The notes under the pieces were generated by a model. The model worked only from the letters and a program-made list of their open reading frames with translations. It had not been told where the DNA came from and did not search any database. Shown here one piece after another: positions 29,730 to 39,344 of a stretch of DNA of 50,224 nt; position 1 is the stretch's first letter, and every line of letters begins with the position of its first letter. Both the position numbers and the translations under genes were made by a program. The stretch is from Bdellovibrionota bacterium. GTDB lineage: Bacteria; Bdellovibrionota_C; UBA2361; JBIKUX01. Location of the stretch: positions 1 through 50,224 of the forward strand of contig JBIKUX010000020.1 in NCBI GenBank assembly GCA_044347345.1, given 5' to 3'.

Positions 29730-29779
29730 GGATTCTTCCGAAGGGTTTTTATTAAATATATTTTTGTAGCTTAACTACA

Positions 29780-30331
29780 ATGGCCAAAGCCCTAATCCAA
29801 CAAATATCCTATAAAAAGGGGGTAAAATCTAATCTGGCAAAATCTGCTGGAGTGAGCCTACTTGAGCTAACTACAGTGCTAAGTATGATTGCCATAATGC
29901 TCGGAGTTAGTGCAACTAATCTTCAATCAATTCAAAGTAGTAGCCAAACTGCTGGCTTTGAATTGGCGAGTTACCTCAAAGTAATGCGTGCAGAGGCGTT
30001 ATCCTCAACCCGAGCGGTTAGAGTAATTCCGTTAGACTCCAAGAATTGGCAAGCATTATTCGCTAATTCTTGTAGTACGCCCTACCCTAGCTCTAATTGG
30101 TCAAATAGCCCAAATAGCCATTTAACCTACAAAGGCAAAGCAACAACTTCTGCTATCAAAGTAAATGGGCAGACGCTACACGACATAAATAGTCTCAGTC
30201 AGTGGTCAGGACTATGCTTCTCCTCAAGAGGATTTGCTTCAGATAATGTGACTATATTAATAGGCCAAGAAAACTCTCAACAAATACAAGTAGAGGTTTT
30301 TCTTGGCGGAGGCGTAGAGATCAAAGAATGA
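29780..30331 (+). CDS. FimT/GspH-like minor pilin
   Basis: Class III signal G|VSLLELTTVLSMIAIML with Glu5; LKVMRAEAL; FSSRG. Confidence 0.8.
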   Translation: MAKALIQQISYKKGVKSNLAKSAGVSLLELTTVLSMIAIMLGVSATNLQSIQSSSQTAGFELASYLKVMRAEALSSTRAVRVIPLDSKNWQALFANSCSTPYPSSNWSNSPNSHLTYKGKATTSAIKVNGQTLHDINSLSQWSGLCFSSRGFASDNVTILIGQENSQQIQVEVFLGGGVEIKE

Positions 30332-30732
30332 GAGGTACAAATTTACAATCTCTCTCTGGCTATACGATGATCGAGCTAACAGTTGCAATGACCCTACTCG
30401 GCACACTGGCTCTTTCGCTAACCACTCTGTCCATTCACTCAATGCAAACAAACAAAGATAACGAGATACGGTCTGGTGCAATACAAGCAGCTTCAGTTGT
30501 GCTTGATGAGATGAGAGGTCAAATAATATCTTCGCTCCCAAGCTCCCCCGGAAGCCAACAGAATCAATCTATTTTTATCTCAGGAGTCCGAGACTCTTTT
30601 AATGTCACACTTACTTTTTGTAGCAACCCAAGTTTTTGCCCGACCACAGATACAAGACATATCAAGGTAGCTGTCTCCTATGCTGGTCGTAATCGCTTTA
30701 ACACTGAGACTGTGATGACTCAATTAAGGTAA
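30328..30732 (+). CDS. PilV-like minor pilin
   Basis: G|YTMIELTVAMTLLG; ATGA overlap with upstream gene. Confidence 0.8.
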   Translation: MRGTNLQSLSGYTMIELTVAMTLLGTLALSLTTLSIHSMQTNKDNEIRSGAIQAASVVLDEMRGQIISSLPSSPGSQQNQSIFISGVRDSFNVTLTFCSNPSFCPTTDTRHIKVAVSYAGRNRFNTETVMTQLR

Positions 30733-30736
30733 AAGC

Positions 30737-31681
30737 ATGCTGCTTAAAACAGAGTGTATTACCCCTAATTCTGGTCATTATCGTTACAATCGTGGCTACA
30801 CGCTAATCGAGCTTCTAGCTTCATCAGCTCTCGGGATTATCATACTCGGAGCCACATTTTCTTCTGCTATAACTGGTAAAAAGATTCTTAATAGAGAATT
30901 TAAAACTACAAAACTAACACAAAATTTACGTTCAGCTATCGATCTAGTAGGTATTGAAATTAGATTAGCTGGCGAGCAACTTCCGGCCAATCTTCCTGCA
31001 GTAGAGCTCATAAACGGAGTAGGAAACGAGCCAGATCAACTTATACTCAGACGGAATCTTTTAAGCGAAGTTTTAACTGTTTGTACTAATCTAAATTCAG
31101 GTCAATCAAACTCTCAAGTAATTTTCGCTACCGGTGACGGTACAGTTGATACAGGAATTACCTCTTCAGCTTGTGTATTCTCTGATCCGGGACAAGTTAC
31201 CAACTTAAATGCTTGGCGTAATTTTAGGATTACACAAGGTGGAGCAACTCAAGCTTACATATACGATTTAGTGGCAAAACACGGAGAATTTTTTCCTTAT
31301 CATACCGAGGGGTCAACCGCTGACATATTTTTTATTGGTCGCTCTTCAGGGGTATGGAGTCGTAATTATCCATATATAAGTTCCTCTTTATATCTTCTTG
31401 AGGAGCATCGATACAGACTGGTGGATGGCTCGTTAGAATTTATCCGCAATACAAATTGGTCATCCCCTAGCCGGATTATCAGCTCCCTAACCAATTTTCA
31501 GGTACTAATTAATTTCACCGATGGCACCACAGCTACGGAACTTCCAGCATCTGGAAGCAGATTATGGACAGATATAAAAAACATTGAAGTAACCATCGAA
31601 GGAGAAGAAAAAACCGGCGCAAATATGATTAAAAAACGGATCAGTAGCTCGTTTTATCCGCGCAATATTTTATCAAACTAA
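30737..31681 (+). CDS. PilW-like minor pilin
   Basis: G|YTLIELLASSALGIIILG; QNLRSAIDLVGIEIRLAG; C-terminal YPRN. Confidence 0.82.
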   Translation: MLLKTECITPNSGHYRYNRGYTLIELLASSALGIIILGATFSSAITGKKILNREFKTTKLTQNLRSAIDLVGIEIRLAGEQLPANLPAVELINGVGNEPDQLILRRNLLSEVLTVCTNLNSGQSNSQVIFATGDGTVDTGITSSACVFSDPGQVTNLNAWRNFRITQGGATQAYIYDLVAKHGEFFPYHTEGSTADIFFIGRSSGVWSRNYPYISSSLYLLEEHRYRLVDGSLEFIRNTNWSSPSRIISSLTNFQVLINFTDGTTATELPASGSRLWTDIKNIEVTIEGEEKTGANMIKKRISSSFYPRNILSN

Positions 31682-31691
31682 AAACCTTACC

Positions 31692-33563
31692 ATGCTAATC
31701 CTTAGAAACAATGCCCATAAAAACCACAAGCAAGGGTTTGCAATGATCACAGTCATGATGTTTATGGGGGTAATGCTAATGTTTCTGGCATCTCATACCC
31801 AAATGTCACGATTAGAGTTACAAGCAACTGGCGGAAGTGCTCGAAGCACCTTAGGGTTCTTTGCCGCCGAAGCTGGACTCAATCTTCGAGCTTCTGCAAT
31901 CAGACAAATCTTTCTTGGATATACAGTACCATCTGGAGTTTCTCCTACACCTAACCAGCCCTGCACTGGTAATAATCTAGGAAGTGGTGACCTTAGGTGC
32001 ATATCATACACCTTAAACGACAGAACTGTGCGTACTTACATACGGCAAGAGCCAGGTAATCCGTACAATATAAAAATTCCTCTAAGCGAAAGATACGGCG
32101 GACTGTCAGCTGAAGAATCACGATTCACAGCAATTAGTGAAGCTGTAAATAGAAATAACCTTGTCGAAGCTCGACTAGAACTCACCTTTCGCTCTCGTGT
32201 AGTGCCAATGTTTCAATTTGCCGCATTCTACAATAAAGATTTAGAAATTAATCCCGGCCCACAAATGATTCTAAATGGTCCCGTACACACAAACGGCGAC
32301 CTTTACCTCAATGCCAACAATCGCTTGGATATACGGGGCAAAATAACAACTACCAAAACGATCTTTCGTGGTAGAAAAAATGAAAATCTTTGTAACTCAA
32401 AAAATATAAATTTATTTAACCCTCTCACAGGTATCGCCCTTGTACCAAATTGTTCTACAAGAATTACCGTCACACCTAAGATGCTAACCTCGTACAACGG
32501 GGAAGTGGAGATGAATGTTCCAGTCTTAGTTGTACCCGCACCAGAATCTCTTCAACCATCTTCAACGCAAATGTACTGGAAAAACGCTGATATCCGAATC
32601 GTCTTACAACTCACCTCAACTGGTAATGTTAGTACTACTTATCACTCGTCAGGAATTGAAGTAAGAAACGTCGATGGTTCAACCGACGCTATTCGCACCT
32701 CCGCTCTACATGGCTGCACATCGGCAACCTCTATGCTCGGAGGTGGTAAAGCAGTTGCTTCTTCGAATTCTTTATTTAACAGACGTGAAAACTCTCTCAT
32801 TAGAATGCTTGAAGTTGACATGCAAACCTTACTAAATTGCATCCATTCAACCTCTTTAGCGTCAACCCCTCTGCTTCTAAATGGCAGTTCGGTTAATGAT
32901 GCAACACACGGAGGATTAGTTCTTTACTTTACGGTAATGGGACCGCGCAGTAACTTAGCCAATAGCTACTACGGAGTAAGAGTAAGAAATGGTGAAACTC
33001 TAGCATCATCGCTAGCAGGCGCTCCGCCAGTAAAAGGCGTAACTGTGGTAACAGACCAAGCAGCCTACGTTCGTGGTGAATATAATTCGCCTCCAGCAGG
33101 AGACCACTTACGTATTCCAGCCGCATTTCTCTCCGATACCTTTCAAGTACTTTCTAATGCTTGGCCTACAAATGATTACGCATCTAGTGTAGCTCTTACT
33201 AATCGTAATGCTTCTCACACTACTGTTAATAGTGCCGTACTATCTGGAACAGATACCACAGGAAATATCGAAGGAACTGGTGGACAAAACCTAAACCTTT
33301 ACAACGGAGGTCTTGAAAATTATCCCCGTTTCTTAGAAGACTGGAGCGGGGGTATAACGTTTACGTACCGAGGTTCATTTGTAAGCCTAAGTAAACCAAG
33401 TAAATCAAGTGGGCTTTGGGGTGCTAGTGGTGTCTACGAGCCTCCTAACCGCGTCTGGGATTATGATGCAACATTTAACTCTGCTGAAAAATTACCCCCC
33501 CTTGCTCCGCGATTTGTGTACCTTCGTCAAGAGCTATTTGTTAGAGACTTTGGGGAACCTTAA
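31692..33563 (+). CDS. Large PilX/GspK-like pilin with extended C-terminal domain
   Basis: G|FAMITVMMF (no Glu5, as in PilX/GspK); FFAAEAGL; GPVHTNGDLYL; GGLENYPRFLEDW; YEPPNRVWDYD. Confidence 0.8.
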   Translation: MLILRNNAHKNHKQGFAMITVMMFMGVMLMFLASHTQMSRLELQATGGSARSTLGFFAAEAGLNLRASAIRQIFLGYTVPSGVSPTPNQPCTGNNLGSGDLRCISYTLNDRTVRTYIRQEPGNPYNIKIPLSERYGGLSAEESRFTAISEAVNRNNLVEARLELTFRSRVVPMFQFAAFYNKDLEINPGPQMILNGPVHTNGDLYLNANNRLDIRGKITTTKTIFRGRKNENLCNSKNINLFNPLTGIALVPNCSTRITVTPKMLTSYNGEVEMNVPVLVVPAPESLQPSSTQMYWKNADIRIVLQLTSTGNVSTTYHSSGIEVRNVDGSTDAIRTSALHGCTSATSMLGGGKAVASSNSLFNRRENSLIRMLEVDMQTLLNCIHSTSLASTPLLLNGSSVNDATHGGLVLYFTVMGPRSNLANSYYGVRVRNGETLASSLAGAPPVKGVTVVTDQAAYVRGEYNSPPAGDHLRIPAAFLSDTFQVLSNAWPTNDYASSVALTNRNASHTTVNSAVLSGTDTTGNIEGTGGQNLNLYNGGLENYPRFLEDWSGGITFTYRGSFVSLSKPSKSSGLWGASGVYEPPNRVWDYDATFNSAEKLPPLAPRFVYLRQELFVRDFGEP

Positions 33564-33828
33564 GCATTTTTCGAGCGAGTATACTTGCCCCAATTAACCA
33601 TTCTCTTTGGCCTGTAGGATTTCTTTGAGATAGAGATTGAGGATCATCAGGTGGCTGTGACGGTGGCTTAGGAGATAAACTATTTAGATGTGAGTCAACA
33701 GTTTGCTCTAAGGTTTGAGATATTATAGTAGAAAAAGGGTCACTTCTTGGTTCATCCCTATTAGTTGGTCCACCCCTATTAGTTAGTTCACTCCCATCAG
33801 GATTTTTGGTTATCGGATGATTAGCCAT
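33541..33828 (-). CDS. Hypothetical low-complexity protein
   Basis: 95-aa ORF with ATG after an AT-rich intergenic region; Pro/Ser-rich; overlaps the pilX-like 3' end by 23 nt; contains an 18-bp imperfect duplication (33756-33791). Confidence 0.4.
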   Translation of the reverse strand: MANHPITKNPDGSELTNRGGPTNRDEPRSDPFSTIISQTLEQTVDSHLNSLSPKPPSQPPDDPQSLSQRNPTGQREWLIGASILARKMLKVPQSL

Positions 33829-34108
33829 AAAATTATCAGAAATAAAACTGAAAAAAATTTTTTGTGAGTTTATAGTTCTTAAAATTTATTCAATAAGCTT
33901 TTATCTATTTTTTGTTCGAGTAAAAAATAAGGATAAATTAATCACGATTCTATCACCTCAAAGATACTTATCTGATAAATCACTGCGCTTCTCTCTTTTC
34001 ACTAGATGAGGGCTTACCGTATCTATTTAAGCAGGAGATTTTTTAAAATACGAATAGTCGTTCCGGTAATTTAGTAATTCTACTCTTTCAAGAAGCGCAC
34101 GTCCTGGT

Positions 34109-36928
34109 ATGGTATATGGTATAAATTGTAAGATATGCAGCTCAGTTATGAATCAACCGAATAACTACCAACGTCATAATCATAATCATAATCAACCTTT
34201 CCTTACCTCTTTAGCCTTTAGCGCTAAAAACAGCTCTACCAGTAGGTATAATTTTTATTCGCTACCAAAACTGAGTGAGTCATTGGGGCAATCACTTCAA
34301 ACACTGCCAGTATGCATACGAATCGTACTTGAATCACTGCTCCGTAATTGGGATGGTCAAGTAGTTACTGAAGAAGATATTCGGCACTTAGCATTCTGGG
34401 CGCCAAATGAGCCACGTACACGAGAAATCCCTTTTACCGTAGCTAGAGTGTTACTCCAAGATTTCACAGGAGTCCCGCTGGGAGTCGATCTTGCTGCGAT
34501 GCGCAGCGCTATAAACCTTCGTGGTGGTAGCGCTAAAAAAATTGAACCTCTCGTTCCAGTTGATTTAGTAATTGACCACTCCGTACAAGTAGATTACTCA
34601 AGTCGAAAAGACGCCTATGATCTTAATCTTGCACTTGAGTTTAGGCGCAACCAAGAAAGATATACCTTTCTTAAATGGTGCACCGAGGCTTTTGATAGCT
34701 TCCGAGTAGTCCCTCCTGGAATTGGTATATGCCATCAGGTAAATCTTGAATTTCTCGCGCCAGGAATTATCGAAAAAAATAACTTGCTCTATCCGGATAC
34801 ACTAGTTGGTACTGACTCTCACACCACAATGATCAATGGTCTGGGTGTTGTTGGATGGGGTGTCGGCGGTATTGAGGCAGAGGCCGCCATGCTCGGTCAG
34901 CCAGTATACTTTCTTACCCCTGATGTAGTAGGCGTACATTTATCCGGCAAATTGAGTGAGGGAGCCACTGCCACCGATTTAGTACTGCGCATTACGGAGC
35001 TACTTCGAGCAACAAAAGTAGTCGGAAAGTTTGTTGAATTTTTTGGTGTAGGTGCATCATCACTACCCGTTCCAGACCGAGCCACTATAAGCAACATGGC
35101 TCCTGAATACGGCGCGACAATGGGATTTTTTCCAATAGACGAACAAACCTGTTCTTACCTTTTAGCTACTGGCCGAACCAAGGAACAAGTGGATAAGTTT
35201 CGGGCATACTATACTGAGCAACTATTATTTGGAATTCCAAAAATTGGAGAATGTAACTATTCACAAATAGTTGAGCTCGACCTTTCTACTATTGAACCAA
35301 GTGTAGCTGGCCCTAAAAGACCCCAAGATCGTATTGAACTTAGTTTAGTTAAAAAAACATTTACATCTCTCTTAAAATCTCCCGCTAAAGAGGGCGGATT
35401 TGGGATTACAAGTGATATAGAAACTACCGCTGCCGTATCACTGCCAATAAGAACAAAGCCCACGATAATTTATCCAGAAATGCCACAAATTGAGCCACTT
35501 TCAGCAAGTACTCTTAACCACGGTGACGTGGTTATTGCAGCCATTACCTCTTGCACAAATACTTCTAATCCAAGCGTTATGATTGCAGCGGGGTTAGTGG
35601 CAAAAAAAGCGATTGAACGAGGCATAGTAGTAAAACCTACCGTTAAAATGTCACTCGCACCAGGGTCACGAGTAGTATCGGAATATCTGGAAAAAACTGG
35701 GCTTAGCCAGTATCTCGATGAGCTTGGTTTTCAAACTGTGGGCTATGGATGTACTACCTGTATCGGCAATTCGGGGCCACTTCATCCTGATATTGAAGAA
35801 GCCATTCAGAAGAATCAACTAGTAGTTGCTAGCGTGCTCTCAGGTAACCGCAATTTTGAAGCTAGAGTTCATCAACAAGTTAAAGCTAATTTTTTGATGA
35901 GCCCTCCTCTTGTTGTAGCATATGCTATTGCTGGAACAATTAGCAAAGACCTTAGCAGCGAGGCTATTGCTACCGATAGAGACGGTAAAGATGTTTACCT
36001 AACAGATCTATGGCCAACATTATCTGAAATTTCTGACTTAGTTACCACCGCTAACGACCCAGCGATATACCAAGCCATGTATGCTGACACTCGTTCACAG
36101 AGTAAAGAATGGAATAAAATTCCGGTTGAACCATCTACAACCTTCAGTTGGGATACTAAATCTACTTACATTCAGGAGCCACCATACTTTCATGACTTTA
36201 CTCAGTCACCAGCTCCCATATCCGATATTTTGGCAGCCAGAGCTCTCGGAGTGTTCGGAGATTCCGTAACAACAGACCACATCAGTCCTGCTGGTGCTAT
36301 AGGGACAAAATCACCTGCTGGTCAGTATCTGATATCTCAAGGAGTAAATGAGATTGATTTTAACAGTTACGGTGCTCGCCGAGGTAACCACGAAGTTATG
36401 ATTCGGGGCACTTTTGCAAATGTTCGCATTAAGAACCTTCTTGTGGATGGTCGTGAAGGAGGAATAACAAGATACCAACCAACTGGTGAAGAACTTAGCA
36501 TTTACGATGCTGCTCAACTTTATCAGCAAAATGGAGTTCCTCTCGTAATTTTTGCAGGACAAGAATATGGTACTGGGAGTTCTCGAGATTGGGCGGCTAA
36601 AGGCACAAGTCTTCTTGGAGTGAGGTCAGTAATCGCTGAAAGCTTTGAGCGAATACATCGTAGTAACTTAATTGGAATGGGAGTACTACCATGCCAATTA
36701 CCAAGCGGCGTGACTGTAAACTCTCTTAATCTAGATGGAAGTGAAGAATTCAGCCTTACAGGTCTAAACACGCTTAAACCAAGAAGCTTAGTACCTTTAG
36801 AAATACGTCGAGTGGATGGGATGGTACAAACAATTAATCTGATTGCCAGACTAGATACCGATATTGAAGTAAGTTATTTTGAGCACGGTGGAATTTTACC
36901 GTACGTCTTAAGGCGTATCATGAGTTAA
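34109..36928 (+). CDS. acnA: Aconitate hydratase A (start may be 34148)
   Basis: [73 protein letters not shown]. Confidence 0.97.
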   Translation: MVYGINCKICSSVMNQPNNYQRHNHNHNQPFLTSLAFSAKNSSTSRYNFYSLPKLSESLGQSLQTLPVCIRIVLESLLRNWDGQVVTEEDIRHLAFWAPNEPRTREIPFTVARVLLQDFTGVPLGVDLAAMRSAINLRGGSAKKIEPLVPVDLVIDHSVQVDYSSRKDAYDLNLALEFRRNQERYTFLKWCTEAFDSFRVVPPGIGICHQVNLEFLAPGIIEKNNLLYPDTLVGTDSHTTMINGLGVVGWGVGGIEAEAAMLGQPVYFLTPDVVGVHLSGKLSEGATATDLVLRITELLRATKVVGKFVEFFGVGASSLPVPDRATISNMAPEYGATMGFFPIDEQTCSYLLATGRTKEQVDKFRAYYTEQLLFGIPKIGECNYSQIVELDLSTIEPSVAGPKRPQDRIELSLVKKTFTSLLKSPAKEGGFGITSDIETTAAVSLPIRTKPTIIYPEMPQIEPLSASTLNHGDVVIAAITSCTNTSNPSVMIAAGLVAKKAIERGIVVKPTVKMSLAPGSRVVSEYLEKTGLSQYLDELGFQTVGYGCTTCIGNSGPLHPDIEEAIQKNQLVVASVLSGNRNFEARVHQQVKANFLMSPPLVVAYAIAGTISKDLSSEAIATDRDGKDVYLTDLWPTLSEISDLVTTANDPAIYQAMYADTRSQSKEWNKIPVEPSTTFSWDTKSTYIQEPPYFHDFTQSPAPISDILAARALGVFGDSVTTDHISPAGAIGTKSPAGQYLISQGVNEIDFNSYGARRGNHEVMIRGTFANVRIKNLLVDGREGGITRYQPTGEELSIYDAAQLYQQNGVPLVIFAGQEYGTGSSRDWAAKGTSLLGVRSVIAESFERIHRSNLIGMGVLPCQLPSGVTVNSLNLDGSEEFSLTGLNTLKPRSLVPLEIRRVDGMVQTINLIARLDTDIEVSYFEHGGILPYVLRRIMS

Positions 36929-36946
36929 TTCGGTATTAGTACTACT

Positions 36947-37279
36947 TTAATTATCATCTTCGGCCAATAGTTCTGCCGCAAGAAGTGTAGAAAAGCTAGC
37001 CCTTAGGGCTCTACTCGGGCGAACAAAATCAACCAAATTTGATACAATCGGAATGCGAGCTGGAAATGCAAGACTTTTAAGCTTGTCCCTTTCTGCCAAA
37101 GAAAGATTAGCTACAAACTCCTGTAATGAGCGATGAGAGTACGCTTCAAGAGCACTCATCAGCAACGAGTTTGTATCTTCTTTCTTCCCAATTGTAGTGG
37201 TTAATTCAACTATGAGGCTTGAAGCTGATTTATCTTGAGAATCTTCTTGTTGTTTATTTTTTGTTGGTGGGATACTCAC
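36947..37279 (-). CDS. Hypothetical protein
   Basis: 110-aa ORF filling the gap between acnA and dapB; no recognised motif. Confidence 0.5.
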   Translation of the reverse strand: MSIPPTKNKQQEDSQDKSASSLIVELTTTIGKKEDTNSLLMSALEAYSHRSLQEFVANLSLAERDKLKSLAFPARIPIVSNLVDFVRPSRALRASFSTLLAAELLAEDDN

Positions 37280-37335
37280 AGAACTCTTTTATGTTTAGGC
37301 TTAATCTACGTATCTACTCCCTCACCTATCTAACT

Positions 37336-37363
37336 TTGTAATCGACCTCGTTCCTGATATGCT
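37336..37363 (+). promoter_or_regulatory. Candidate sigma70 promoter for dapB
   Basis: TTGTAA (37336-41), 16-nt spacer, extended -10 TGaTATGCT (37355-63). Confidence 0.4.
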
Positions 37364-37410
37364 TAAGCCCTAAGAAGCCTAAATTAACCTGAAACTTTTT
37401 AAAAAGTGTT

Positions 37411-38157
37411 ATGATTCGAGTACTTGTCAACGGATGTCGCGGGAAAATGGGCTCTCAAGCAATGGTTGCCGTAGACAACCACCCGCATCTGACTTTAGTA
37501 GCAGGTACTGATTTGGGGGATAATCTTGAGCAATGTATCAAAGATAAAGCAGCTCAAGTAGTTGTTGACTTTACTGTTGCAAGCGCAGGAATGAACAATG
37601 CCCGAACAATCATTAACTCAGGAGCATGTCCTGTAGTTGGCACGAGCGGATTTCAAGAGGCGCAGGTTGCAGAGTTAGCCGAACTCGCGGCAATGCGTAA
37701 AATCGGAGGGGTAATAGCTCCAAACTTTTCACTAGGAGCAGTGCTCATGATGAGATTTGCTGAAGAAGCTGCTCAGTTTCTTCCAGATGTTGAGATTGTA
37801 GAATTACATCACGACAAAAAAGAGGAGTCTCCCTCAGGTACAGCACTAAGAACCACTGAATTGATAGCTAACGGGCGGCTTAAGAGTGACAAAAAAGTAA
37901 GTCATGTTTCTACCAAAGGGGTGGAGTTAATTGCTGGTGCCAGAGGAGCAACGGTCAATGAAGTTGCGGTACACTCAATTAGACTACCCGGGCGGATTGC
38001 TCATCAAGCGGTTATTTTTGGGGGATTAGGAGAAAGTCTCACGATATTGCATGATTCATTCTCTCGTGACTCATTTATGCCAGGAGTATGTTTAGCATGT
38101 GAAAAAGTGGTGGCGCGTAACAGTCTAGTATACGGTCTTGAGCATCTGCTTTTTTAA
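37411..38157 (+). CDS. dapB: 4-hydroxy-tetrahydrodipicolinate reductase
   Basis: GCRGKMG, VDFT, VGTSG, APNFSLG, ELHHDKKEESPSGTA, HSIRLPG. Confidence 0.95.
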   Translation: MIRVLVNGCRGKMGSQAMVAVDNHPHLTLVAGTDLGDNLEQCIKDKAAQVVVDFTVASAGMNNARTIINSGACPVVGTSGFQEAQVAELAELAAMRKIGGVIAPNFSLGAVLMMRFAEEAAQFLPDVEIVELHHDKKEESPSGTALRTTELIANGRLKSDKKVSHVSTKGVELIAGARGATVNEVAVHSIRLPGRIAHQAVIFGGLGESLTILHDSFSRDSFMPGVCLACEKVVARNSLVYGLEHLLF

Positions 38158-38201
38158 ATTAAACCGCTATTTAGACTTATCAAGTTACTAGGTCAAAAAC
38201 T

Positions 38202-39197
38202 ATGGTTATCAAACATTCGTTAAGTCAAAAATTAGAGCACTCCCTAAAAAGATTGGTTAATTGGAGAGCTCTCGTTGTTGGTGACTGCATGATTGATGAA
38301 TATACTTTTTGCGAAACAGAGAAAAGCAAAGAGATTCCTTCCGAAATGCCTGGTAAACGAGCTTACCAGGCTACTCATCGCAAAGTTACACTAGGGGGAG
38401 CTGCCAATGTTGCCGCAAACCTTAGAGCTTTAGGGGCAGCAACTTCACTTGTTGGAGTAGTTGGCCGAGATGGTTATGAGAAAGCTTTTACTTATGAATG
38501 CGAAGCTCAGGGGATTAGTGCTCATTTAACAGTTGATTCATTACGGCCATCTACGGTTAAACGCAGATTGTACCTAGATAATGAGTACTTTTTTCGTATT
38601 GACCAAGAATCTTGCGAGCCTATTGATGACATTGTCTGTACTCGTGTATCTCGTGACATCCCCGACTTAATTAGAGATGTTGATGTTGTCATTATAAGTG
38701 ACTACAACAAAGGGACATTAACTCCAAAATTAATCACTCTTATTAAAGATTTAACTGACAAATGGTGTATTCCCCTTATAGTTGATACTAAGCCTTCTCA
38801 GATTGACCTCTATCGAAAAGGATGTTTTGTGGTTCCTAATCTTATTGAGGCTAAAGCTCTGATTCCTCTGTTTTCCATTGGACCAGATCTCCATAAACAT
38901 ACTCAACAATTAATAGAACGAACAGGAACATCCTCTATTGGTGTTACTCTGGGAGGAGCTGGAATCTGTGGTATCCATAAAGGTGAATTTCACCATATCG
39001 GCGGATTTACGGTGCCTATATGCGATACAGTTGGAGCTGGTGATACTGTTCGTGCAGCACTAGCTCTCGGCATAAGCCTGCAATTACCTTTTGATGAACT
39101 TCTTCTACTGGCAAATGCGGCGGGAGCAGTAGTAGTGCAAAAAGTAGGAACAGCCACTGCAAATATCGCCGAAATCAAAGCAATACTATCTCAGTAG
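38202..39197 (+). CDS. PfkB-family kinase, RfaE domain I (heptose-7-phosphate kinase, HldA-like)
   Basis: VVGDCMIDEY, LGGAANVAANL, RIDQE, ISDYNKG, PNLIEA, DTVGAGDTV, ANAAGAVVVQKVGTA. Confidence 0.85.
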   Translation: MVIKHSLSQKLEHSLKRLVNWRALVVGDCMIDEYTFCETEKSKEIPSEMPGKRAYQATHRKVTLGGAANVAANLRALGAATSLVGVVGRDGYEKAFTYECEAQGISAHLTVDSLRPSTVKRRLYLDNEYFFRIDQESCEPIDDIVCTRVSRDIPDLIRDVDVVIISDYNKGTLTPKLITLIKDLTDKWCIPLIVDTKPSQIDLYRKGCFVVPNLIEAKALIPLFSIGPDLHKHTQQLIERTGTSSIGVTLGGAGICGIHKGEFHHIGGFTVPICDTVGAGDTVRAALALGISLQLPFDELLLLANAAGAVVVQKVGTATANIAEIKAILSQ

Positions 39198-39344
39198 TTA
39201 TTTTATATTATTAATCATTTATTACTGTTTTTATATAATACCGCTACCAAAGGTAAATAAATTGCGTCGTATAAGGTAATTCTATTTCAAGATGGTACCT
39301 TAAAATAGAAATATCAGTCTCCTTATACAAAGTGGTCAATACCA

